From Parasitella parasitica NRRL 2501 (taxonomy: Eukaryota; Fungi; Mucoromycota), in NCBI GenBank assembly GCA_025201805.1, contig MU619251.1, forward strand, positions 124,001 to 187,766: a stretch of 63,766 bases of DNA. Direction: 5' to 3'. The notes under the pieces were generated by a model. The model saw nothing but the letters and a program-made list of their open reading frames with translations. It made no database searches and was not told where the DNA came from. Within the stretch, counting starts at the first letter, position 1; every line of letters begins with the position of its first letter. Of the stretch, positions 50,151 to 61,500 are shown piece after piece. The position numbers and the translations under genes are program-made.

Positions 50151-50496
50151 TGTAAAAAGGGCGTAGCGAAATGTTGCGTAAATGTTATGTGAAAAGAGCT
50201 AAGTAAGACTTTCTCTGAATAGAACCAGATACAAAACTGAAGACTTTTATTGACAAAAGATATGATCTCTATTTAAACTAAATATATCCTGACCAATATT
50301 TACCCACATAACATCTGATGTATAATGGGAAGTGTCAAATATTAATAAATGACAGCATTTCCAGGAACAGGCCTATTCTTCTATTTTACACTAAAGAAGA
50401 AGATGTGAGTAAGATTGTCTTCTCAACATCCCCGCGACCTGGTCTTGATATAATCTCTTTGAATAAGCCTAAAACCTTGCAATAGGTTCAATTACA
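50151..50496. mobile_element. solo-LTR-like element (346 bp)
   Basis: Bounded by 5'-TGTAA...TTACA-3' inverted termini, with a second copy at about 26276-26540. The minus strand has a TATA-like element followed by AATAAA. Flanks GTCAG/ACTTG do not form a TSD. Confidence 0.7.
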
Positions 50497-50890
50497 ACTT
50501 GTAGCTTATTCCTTATTTGTAAAAGAATTACCAACAATTAATATCATGATCCGTACTCTTTAATTATGATAGATATAACATATGTAGCATATGGATACAG
50601 CATTAACTTCTATTATACAGCTTCTTTTTTTTTTTGAGAATATTTACCAGCTGCACTGTACACCCAAGAAAACAAGAATCGTTTGGAATACAGAGAAAAT
50701 TCGCTTTCCAACGGATCCAAAACTAGTAAAGGAAAGTAATGCGACATAATGTATCACAGCTTATTTCTTTGTCTTGTTTGTGTAAGCGCAAATATATGCT
50801 AATGTAAATATAAAAAGGCGCTTTTGTCGCTTGACGATTGACGTTTCCTTTTTGTCTTTTGTAAACAGATAAAACCAACTTACAAGAAGA

Positions 50891-52087
50891 ATGACTATTG
50901 AAACAGAATCTTTTCCCAAGGGCTACTTTTATATCGTCTCCGAATTGAACGGCTTGGTGTTGGACACTGACATGTCTGAAGGTCCTGCAAAGGTATGTAT
51001 ACAATTTTCTTGGTTTAATCTAAACCAAATGTATGAAAATCGCGCTGAGTGTATGTGAAATGAGGCTGGCACCAGGCTCGTAACGGCTCCCAAAAGAGAA
51101 GAAAAGCTTGAAAGAGACACCCAGCTCTGGATTCATCAAAATGGTACATATTTTGATGTGTTCATGTAGACACATTCTAGCATTTGATTAATTTTTTTTA
51201 TTTTTTATGCTCAAATATATAAGGTTTCTTGACCAACAAGGCTGCTGGTCTTGTCATGGACATTGGAAAGGCCAAAAACTTTGGTGGTATGTCGCAAAAA
51301 GACCCACTTGTTAGTTAACGTGTTAAAACCTCTTCATAATAGACAGGCTCAAACGCCATGAGCACTTGTATGTTGATGTGATGAAGGCTGAAGACAATGT
51401 AAGTTCGTTGTAAAAGCTCGGAACAAATACCGATTGTAACACAAACGCATACACAAACAGGCTGAGGATCAGCGCTTTGGGTACTCTACTGACGGATACA
51501 TCTACACCTTATCTGATGTCGATGAAGTCGTCGATATCCGCGGGAAAGAAATTGAAGCTGGCGCCACTATTATTCTTTACAAGAAGGCTGAGGTCCCGGA
51601 GGATGGCAAAAACCAACTTTGGATTCTCCTACCTGCGGATCCAGCACAGATCGACTCTTCTGATGACGACGACGATGGTAGCAGCTTTGCCCGTTTGAGT
51701 GCTTGGTTTGGTAGCTGGACAGGTTGGGGCAGTCAGAAGAACGATGTTTTGAAAGATAAAGAGCTGGAAAAGGCTCACAAGAAGGTTTACGAAAAGAAAA
51801 AGAGTAATTTGACCTACGAAGTTATCGCCGGTGCTGTAGCTGTGCAAGCTGTAAAGATGTATATGGATAAAAAAGAAGAAGACGGTGAAGACGTCCACTT
51901 CAGGGGAGCTAAAGAAGCTATTGCTGCTTACGCCGCAAAGGAAATGGTGAAGAAGTTTATGGAGAGAAGCGCCGAAGATGATGAAGACGATGATGAAGAG
52001 ACCAAAGAAAAGAAGCAAAATATCCTCCAGAAGATGGCTGAAAAAGCTGCTGTCAACTACTATGAGAGTAAAAAATGTAAAAATTAG
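50891..52087 (+). CDS. ricin-B (CBM13, mucoricin-like) lectin fused to a CipC/DUF3759-like domain; 4 introns
   Basis: Spliced: FPKGYFYIVSELNGLVLD...DTQLWIHQN|GFLTNKAAGLVMDI...EDQRFGYSTDGYIY...VVDIRG...NQLW (three QxW/F repeats). An acidic linker follows, then AHKKVYE..NLTYEVIAGAVAVQAVKMY...AKEAIAAYAAKE (CipC-like). Confidence 0.85.
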
Positions 52088-52297
52088 CCAGCTTCTTAAA
52101 TGTTGAGGCATTAGCATACTAAATAAACAGATGCTACAGTGTTATACCGTATAACCGCATATTTGTCTTTTTTGCTGCTTATGATACTATATGTAATTCT
52201 AGCGCTTATTCAAAATCAATAACCCAATGTCAAGACTTTAAGCACCAGGGTCTTTTTTTTTTTCATTTCCCTCTTGTTACATTATTTATTCGCTAGT

Positions 52298-53239
52298 ATG
52301 GAAAAGTCGTTTGCCAGCTTATTACGACATTCACGCCTGTCGTCCTATGACCGCACGCTTGAACAAGTGTACACAGCACCAAGAAACTTTAAAAAGATTG
52401 GCAACTGGGGTCTGAAGCGCAACTTACCTACAGTAATTCGCACCAAAAATGTCACTATTGGAGCGCTTGACACAGGTGAACATCAGACGCCATGGGAGTC
52501 AGGCGACGGAAAAGTGCTGTTCATCCACCGCTGGAAGGAGAACTTTCCCAATTCCAAAAAGCCTTCGCCTCGCCCTGAGGAAATTCAGCACAATGCTGCC
52601 ACAATGACCCCTGCTGAATTCCAACGTTTATTGAAGCGTTCAGACAAGTACAAAGCAAAGGAGTTTCAAGAAAAGCTCAGAAACAAAGAACTGCTGCCAG
52701 AGCAAGTGTTTGATTACCTCCAGGTCAAATTTGCAACCAATCCAAATGAATCAACGGCAGCAAATGATGGCGTTGTGGGCCCTACGTACTCGGATTATGA
52801 TGTGGGTTGGGGTTATCCAGTTCAAGGTCGCATCTTGAACATGGATAGAATGGGCCATGCTGTTGGCGTCGGCGGTGTCGTGGCTTTGATGAACAAGCGC
52901 ACTCACTCTGGACTTCGCAACAGCGGCGATAGGGCTGTACGCACATTCTACGTACGCAATGCAGAAATAGACCCACAAGGCAAACCCAAGGTTGAAGTGA
53001 CACTTCAACCAAAGGGCTCGTCATCATCCATCCCACTTTTAAACGACTACACGAAATATGATTCATTTGATCCAGACATGACAGTTCATGAAATGGTAGA
53101 ACCCAAGAATTATCGCCTTCAGCGCCGCTCACATGGCGCTGCCATTGAGACTGACAACGTAACTCCCAATCCTGAACACACCGACCTGATGACCCGTATT
53201 TCGTGCTTATTGACTGATAGCAAAAAAAATAGACCTTAG
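52298..53239 (+). CDS. MRP51: mitochondrial small-subunit ribosomal protein bS1m, intronless
   Basis: SFASLLRHSRL, GNWGLKRNLP, ALDTGEHQT and VQGRIL...AVGVGGVVA. Confidence 0.82.
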   Translation: MEKSFASLLRHSRLSSYDRTLEQVYTAPRNFKKIGNWGLKRNLPTVIRTKNVTIGALDTGEHQTPWESGDGKVLFIHRWKENFPNSKKPSPRPEEIQHNAATMTPAEFQRLLKRSDKYKAKEFQEKLRNKELLPEQVFDYLQVKFATNPNESTAANDGVVGPTYSDYDVGWGYPVQGRILNMDRMGHAVGVGGVVALMNKRTHSGLRNSGDRAVRTFYVRNAEIDPQGKPKVEVTLQPKGSSSSIPLLNDYTKYDSFDPDMTVHEMVEPKNYRLQRRSHGAAIETDNVTPNPEHTDLMTRISCLLTDSKKNRP

Positions 53240-53498
53240 ATAGCTTTGTATTATAAAAATTAAAAAAAGAAAAAAAAAGTGTGTGCGGATACTGTCTTGT
53301 GATCATTTTGGATTAAAGCATCTCTCATTATGAGAGCATCTTGTGTTGAGGTAACAGTGTGTACATGAGAGTGCCTGTATAGACGATGAAATCAGCAAAT
53401 AAACATGTCTTTTAGTTGCACTTTGTTGCACCTCTTTTGGTCTATACACTATACCTCTTGACGCAATAAAAAAAAAAAAAAACTATACCCTCCTAAAT

Positions 53499-55651
53499 AT
53501 GTCTGCAGTTGAAGGGATTGCTTGGACGATTTACGGCATAGTAGCAGCAGTAAGCTATACAGCAGTGTATGCGTCTTGTTTGAAAAACTGTTCTGAATAA
53601 CACCACATTATCCAGTTTCTATTCTTGTTCAGTGTGGGATTCACAAGATACTTTCAAAATAAATATGAATCCGAGCTTTTTGCAACGTGCATCACCATAT
53701 TGGCATTAGGTCTCGTGTTTTCAACCTTGGCTTTGCTGCCGGTCGATATATTTTTGGTATCTTCCACGATAGATCAAGCCAGGGGATTGAAAAAGGACTG
53801 GGCGACACCGGACGCTATTGACACCATGACATTGACCATGAGCATCGTCTACTATGGTAGCGTATATACCCAACAGCATAATGTTTACGTCTGTATAACA
53901 CGTTATACACAACTGCACTAGTTTGTTATGGCCTTATTACTTTTTTTAGCTTTCTGTTGATACCATTTGCCTATTTTTTTTACGAAGAAATCGACGAGGA
54001 AGAGACTGTCAGCGATCGCATTGGGAGTGCCTTAAAGTACACCTCCTTCTTTGTTGTAATTTCTGTCTTGCTGTTTGCATTTGGGCTTTTCTTGAAACCA
54101 ACAACAAAGGTGCCCAAGATTGACCTGGATTGGTTTAAAAAACTGTTGACAGATAGCCGTAAGTACAATGTGCTGAAAGCCTTTGTTGGAGTGTATATTG
54201 ACGGGCCCAATTGATGATGCAGACGGTGAAAAAGCAATTACATTTGTGGTTGCTTGCCTCGTGTTGCTCGGAATGCTTGTATTCATTGCATACACTGTAG
54301 GTTTGATATACATGTATGTGTCTCTGCATCGATGCTAACAAAGTATCCAGGCACCCGGACTCTCACTCCTACCAATCAGTCTAATTAAAGGCCGAAAGCG
54401 TATTGATGCAGAAGGCGAAGACGTTGAAAATCGTCTAACCGCAACAAGAGAAAGACAGCGTGTGATACAATCAAAGTATATCAACCGTGCCATGCCTGTT
54501 AAAGACCAAAGAGAGATGGAAGAATTACAGGACCAAGAAAGGTAATCTAACCAACATTATGATACATACAATGAAAACGTCTTAATAGTATACAGAATCT
54601 TATCGAGACGATTGCGAGGCATTGAGCAAGACAAGACTAGTGTGATTCAGCGGCTTCTGTCTCTGCTTCGACCTTTTGAGGTGAGTTTAATGGTGTGTTG
54701 GATGCCTCCTGGATATTAAAAATAAACGACACTCAGTTTCTGCTTGGCGTCCTGCTGCTAGGCTTTACACTTGTATTGGTAGTCTCGATTTTCCTAACTA
54801 TGCAAGTATTTTACGATAGAACGCTGCATTGTAACATACGCTAAATATCCAATAGTGTCGACAAGATCGCGTTTGCCATTTGTGGAAGCCAATGCGGCTA
54901 TGTCATCCATCACTCAAACATGTTTAACCCTGTTAATTATATCTTTATTAACCTGCAAAAAGTGTTTCCATTGGACTATGTGTTCATGGTGGGATTGATT
55001 CTGTACTTTTTCTTGGCCACCATGTCGGGTGTGATTCAAATTGGAGTAAGGTTTCTGTGGGTGACCTTGTTCCGCATACGAAAGGGCTCGACTGCACCGC
55101 AAGGATTACTTGTCTCGGCTGTTCTTTTGACCTTGAGTCTGTTAGCATTGAATTACACAGTGACCACTACGGTCGCACCAGGCTATGCGCATTTCGGCAG
55201 TCAGGTCTATGTAAGTTTATTACTATTTACATGTATTTTAATTTAATCAATTTGGTATGATAACAACAGTGTAATTTCACCAATTCGCTTGGTAATCGAG
55301 ATTGCACCGATCATGTTGAAAAAATAGTACATTGCGATATCTACGGGCCTACAGGTAGACGAAAACAGAATCACATTTGACAAAAACGTCTAATTCTGCG
55401 CAGAGATATGCACTCCTACTGTGTCGTCTACAATGATTGATCGAATTGTTGTAAACACGCCGTTTTTTGGCATTTTTTTTTATTACTCGCAGTGGGTATT
55501 TTTAGGTGTTTTTATAATAGGCTTTGTCGTTGCCTTGTTCAGACGACCAAGAAATAATGTGGATGCTGATCTGCAGGAGCTCGTGGATGAGGAAGAAGAG
55601 AGCCTGTTGCGACACAGCAGCAGCCGTCATTATCAAGCAGCATCACAATAA
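53499..55651 (+). CDS. LMBRD1: LMBR1-family lysosomal/vacuolar cobalamin exporter (LMBRD1-like), multi-exon, including GC-AG intron 54802-54855
   Basis: LALLPVDIFLVS, IPFAYFFYEE, YT|APGLSLLP, CGSQCGY, VFPLDY, LFRIRKGSTAPQGLL and APGYAHFGSQ. Confidence 0.88.
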
Positions 55652-57386
55652 AACTCGTGTACATACATAATCGTTTGTTATTGAGTCTGTGAGCACGTTT
55701 TATGTGAACAATTTAATAAATTTGTTGGTTTTCTTGTGTTTGTATTTTACGTTCACAAAAAGGTTGCGCTTCTCCTTATTACCGACTAGAATATGCCCCT
55801 AAATTACATTTTGTATATACACTATGGCTCTGTATTTATGTACAGTGATTGTCCCAAAGCCTGCTGTTTGACACAAGCAAAATTTTGGTTAATTCATACA
55901 CAAAGGATGCACCCTGTACATTAAATGCTGCGTCCGAATGAAATATACACCACCCAGACGCAGCTATATATATATCAAGAACAAAGAAATATAAAAAAAA
56001 TGATCGTCTAATTGCAGGATGCAACCTTGTCAATCAATAAATTCTTGTCTAAACTACCTTGTTGGTGACACGATCACAAAAGCGACAAAATAGAAACGAC
56101 ATGAAAAAGCATAATGAAATTGAAATTTAAAATTCATGCATGATTTGAAACCATTGTGGACAACAGTTTGTGTCAATTAGAGAGTCTATAAAATTGTCAA
56201 TATAGCTATGGTGGCATCGTTGATGGGAAACCGACTTTTTTCTTTTCGCTGCCGCTGTCTGTATGCCTCTACTTGGAGAGAGAGAGAGAAAATAAAGCCG
56301 ATCTGTCCATCAATTGCTTCTGTATTTTACTTGCTGTATGAGAACACATGGCAGAATATCCTTAAACTGCGTTAATTGAGAAAAACTATTCCCACAGTTG
56401 CAAAAGAATATTCCTTATTTTAACATATGAATCGCGAGAGCTCAACCCCTTACAAAAAAAGATAAAAAACAAAGTTGATGTTTGTTTTGATTTGTAGATG
56501 ACATTTTATATAAATAATTTAGTTACATTTAATATAGCAGTAATTTATGAAATCATCACTTTATATAGATTAATTTGTTGTATGTAGAACAGCCATTCGA
56601 CGAACAAAGGAGAGAGAGATAGCTAGTGTGTGCGTGTGCGTGTGTGTGTGTGTATATATGTGCGTGTGTGTGTTTCTACTATTATATTTATATATACTAT
56701 TATGTAGATATCACACTAGATGTTACACCAGCCTAAAAAATAGACAGGCAGAGAGATAGAGCGACATCTATTATAGAAGTAAGGGGAAAAGAAGCTTTTT
56801 CTTTTTTGAAAAAAAAGGGGATGAATTGTCCCTTTCATTAACTAAATGCTGCTGCTCGTTTATTGCTCGTTTGATCAAATAAACAAACATCCGGATGTGC
56901 TTGCTTTTTTACCATTTAAACATACAAAGCCATAACTAAAAATAAACAGAATTTTTTGTCGACGTATATAAAAATGCTTCAGTTTACATGTTGTTTGATT
57001 TTTTTCTTCTTCTTCTTCTCTATTAACTACAACACCACACAATCCTTCATTTATTCTTTTTTTTTGTCCTTTACGCTTAGTAAAACAAATCAAAAACCCC
57101 ACATACTCTCCCTCTAATACACTCACTTCCAAATCACCCTTTTTTTTCATTAGTCAAACTTATTTTAAACTTTTTGATAAAGATTTAAAAAAAGTAATTA
57201 CCCAAGAAAAAAATTATATATCCATCCAACATTTCAAATCAATCTTTCTTATAAAGCCTTCTTATCTCTTTCTTTATCCTCTTTCTTTTCTTCATAACTG
57301 AATCACTAATTTATTTGGTAAATTCTGCGTGCATTTCACAGCGAAACAGATCTGAAACTAACCCCCATTTTGCTCCTCTGTAGAAA

Positions 57387-58552
57387 ATGTATTCCGCTAC
57401 TTATCAACCCACATTTGATTTATCCTCTGCTGCCTCTCACTTGACTACTCCTGACATCGAGTTTGACCGTTGCTTAAACAACTACCAACGAAATGACAGC
57501 ATCGACTACAGCCGTAGACCAAGTTACTTCACAGGCTTATTAGGAAATCCTCAAAGTGAAGCAAGTTATTCTGATCATGAACAACAGACCCCTAGCCCAT
57601 TTAATAGTTACGAAGATTACCAACATCAGCAGTATCATCATCCTCTTGACAGCTCAAACAAGCGTCGCCTTAGCACCATGATTCAGCTCCCTCATCTGTC
57701 TGCTGCTTCTGCTGCTAACGGTAATGGTGCTGTCTACCACCATCATCCTCCCTCTGCTTCTGTCGACCATATTGGTTATTCTAATGTCGTAAACCCATGG
57801 CTCGCAGCCGCTAATGCTTCGGCTTCAACAACTACCAACTCATCAGCTCATACTAGTCCATCACGTTTATCATCTCCCATGATCTACGCTAATCCCGCTG
57901 TTGACATGTATTCGCCTCAGTCTTACTTTAATCATCAGAATCAACCATCATTTGACCAACAACAACAGCAGCAATTCCATCCTCTCTGTGGTCCTATGAG
58001 TGATAATTTGATTGCCAATGGTCTTTTCCGTGAACGTGCCTCATCTTCATCTTCATTATCTTCTTCAAGTGACAGTGCATTATCTGTCAGCCCCCCTGCT
58101 AGCCGCCGTGCTAGCAAAGTTAATGTCAAGTCCCCATTGAAGACCACTCGTTCTCGTGGTCGCAGAGTATCTAATAGTCCTAGCATTGCAGGTCAAAAAG
58201 TCTTTACATGTAAACATGATGACTGTGGAAAAGTATTTAAGAGATCAGAACATTTGAAACGTCATGTACGCTCAATTCATACATTGGAAAAACGTAAGTT
58301 TAGTCTTTGTGTGTCCTCCTTGCGACGTTACATTAACATCCTTTTTTTTTTGTAGCATTCGAATGCCCTTATCAATCTTGCTCAAAGCGCTTCTCTCGCT
58401 CTGACAACTTGAACCAGCACATTCGTATTCATCGCCATACAGGAAAAGATAAAACTAATAACAATAATTCTGCTGTTTCTGGTGCTGCCGCTGTTTCCAG
58501 CGCTCCTTCATCAAGAAACAACTCATTCAGTAATTATATGCCCACTTATTAA
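57387..58552 (+). CDS. C2H2 zinc-finger transcription factor (Msn2/4-Seb1-like); intron 58294-58355; probable 5'UTR intron ending at 57383
   Basis: FTCKHDDCGKVFKRSEHLKRHVRSIHTLEK|PFECPYQSCSKRFSRSDNLNQHIRIH, preceded by a Ser/Gln-rich N-terminus. Confidence 0.93.
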
Positions 58553-61500
58553 TTTTAATGCTCTTCCTATTTTCCAATCTATAATTCATGATCTCTTTAA
58601 CTATTTACAAAATTCCCTCAAACATCATTTTTTATATACAAGCTTTTTTTTTCTTTTTTTTTGCATTTTTACTATACCTTCAAAAAAGAAAAAATATCTC
58701 TTTGCATGCGTACTTTTTTTTTCTCACCCCCCTTTTATGTCTCTATATTTTTTTTTCTTTTATATAATCTATTTCTCTTCTACTACAGCCATCTTTACAA
58801 ACCAATAATTCATTTTTGCTGTAGTTTCTTTTTCTTTTATCATAATTTTGAAATGAATTATTATATATATTAAAAAAAAAAACTTGAAATCAATCGATCC
58901 ATTTAAGCTGCGCCCCTTATTTAATATTTGATTTGCATACATAAAAAAATACACCATCATACAAAACAGTGATGCATCTGAAATATAACACAAAGCACGG
59001 TCCCCTCCATCCACTACCGTAAATTTCCAGGGTAACCTCAGCATGTATCACATTTCACAAAATCAGAATTCAACCATGATTGTGGTTTTTTCAATACTTT
59101 TCATGTAATAGATGGCGGACGGTGTGTTCACACTGTTGATAAAAGTAGAAATTATTGCGATTTCAACCAGCAAGATTTGTCATGGGGTTTCTGTTCTTGT
59201 TCGAGATTCTCGCTGTTGTCTTTTTTGTGACACTCCAAGTTAAATTGATTATGCAGTCAAGTTACCGTAATCATCATGTACTCTCTGTTCGATAATTCTT
59301 ATTTTCATGGCAACTTGCATTACGATATCCAGCAATATATAAAATTCTATTTCATTCTAAACTGATTTATAAACTTCCCCAGAATTACATGCAACTCGAG
59401 ATCTGTATACGTGTACTATAAACAACGTCATGTACATAAACAATGGCTATTTTTAAATAAAGAGTTTTTTTTTTTTTTTTTTTTNNNNNNNNNNATCGTA
59501 AATGTGTATATAGATGCATAGATTACATATGATAATCACACATGCTATATGATTAGAAATTGAACCAGTATATTCTGCTATGGATGTCATTTACTTTTGA
59601 TTCAGGTACATTGATTACATCTATGCACTTGGAATTGAATTATATTGAATTATATGTTTGTTTCTCGATAAACGCTAAACAGTTTGCTCATCTGACTAGC
59701 CATTTCAAACTACTCATACATCATGACTATAGTCATTTCTAAATATATATCAGAATATCAACAAAAATGCAACAATTCACACTCCAAACTGTAATGCGTT
59801 TTGATGGTATTGTGCAGCAGCACTTTCTACATCCTATAAATTGAATAGCATTAACGGTTATATAGTCTCCATTGTAGCAAACATCCTTGAAACAATGAAT
59901 TGCATTACAATGTGATTTAAATTCATCGTACGGAATTTGCGTTTTTTTTTTTGACATAAAGAGAACTAAATTTGAAGCTATTTATCTCACTGGATAAACA
60001 AGCTGAATTATGACACCTCATTAATTCACTCCCCTGCTTCCTGTCTTTCTAATGATGGTGTTTAGTGGTAGCATTTCTAGCGGTTAAAACGGTCCGACCT
60101 TGAAAGTTAGTTTTTTACAGTGTTATCGCACGTTGCTAAAGAGGCTGTTCAGCCTACTTACATTTGAGATCAAAAAATGCCTTGGAGTCGACTCTGTCTA
60201 TTAACTATCTTTTTCAATCTCGCTCAAAGCGCGCATTTGATTTGGGAGTTCATCGTTTCTGCAGCTGTTTTCCATGAAAGGCTATCTGTCGCCAGCCCGA
60301 AAATGCTGCTAAAGTGCCCACTTGAAATTTGAACACTTCTCAAATAGGGAGATGGGATGGTGGGAACAGTTAAGAAATTGAATAGATTATGTTTAGATCA
60401 CGATTTTACTCTATAGATGGAGCAACTTTCCATAAAAAAAAACTATAATTATTATTTTGATCGTTTTCTATTTTGCTGAATCCCCTTTACGAGGTGGTTT
60501 TTTCTTAACCACCCCCCCCCCATTGCAAGCTAAATTCTAATGCGCATATGAGAATTTATATTCATCTCTCGATTTTATTTTTCTTCGCTAGCTTTAATTA
60601 ACAGATCCATGATTTAGGATTCTTTTTGGACAAACTACTATATGAATAAGGATAAAAAGGGCCATTTATGTAGATGTGCACCACAAGAGAAATGTATTTT
60701 TCGGCCAAGTCCATATTTTCCATAACTATTGCCTAATATGACAATTTTACATCATTTTCGGAGCAAAACGGAGTGATTTCGATTAATTTTCTCATGTAAC
60801 GACCATATTTTTAAACTGCACGTTGGTGATTACAAAATGTGATTTTTATTTAAATACTGCCTCCATAGTGATAATATCTATTGCAGAGAGAAAATTCAGA
60901 TTTTTTATACACTAAAATTGATTACTGCCAAGCGTTGCAAAATCAGTATGCAAATGAGACTTATGACACGGTAAAGAGTAAAGAGTACTGTATTCGTTGG
61001 ATGAAAATGTACCTTGTTTTGAAAATATCATACGTTTGAGCAGATTCCACATTTCTCATTCTACATAATAGTATTCATTTAATAACTAGCAAGACTTTCT
61101 TAAATATCTATATCAGTCATTGTTTTCTCAAATGTCCACATATGCCTCACCGTCATTTAATAAATGTGAACAATTAAGGTGCTTCTTACCATACAGGCTA
61201 GTGCGCTCATTGAAAAGCGTTTGGGACAACTAAACCAACCTCCAATAAGCATAGCAATCCTATGTTAGGTTATTGTTATACTCCAAGAGATAGCTGCTGG
61301 GTGGTATACCTTGAGTTCTTTTCAAATTATCAACTGTAATAACAGGTGTACCATAAATATCAGCCATTTACATACGAAATTGTTTTCCTTGGGAAAAAAT
61401 AGATATTCTGGTTTATTTGTTTATTAGGCAGTTTAATATTTAAAAAAACAACGCCAGGCTTTCAAAAATTCAATAAATTGGAAATGATTGACATCAAAAG

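Noticed and set aside
42485-55651. Sulfur/methionine/B12 gene cluster (MDE1, LMBRD1, SLM3)
   Set aside because: The genes are far apart and interleaved with unrelated housekeeping genes.
60054-60100. tRNA D-arm-like GGTGTTTAGTGGTAGCAT; also T-loop-like GTTCGAGTCC at 5461
   Set aside because: Neither has a matching second box or a foldable cloverleaf.
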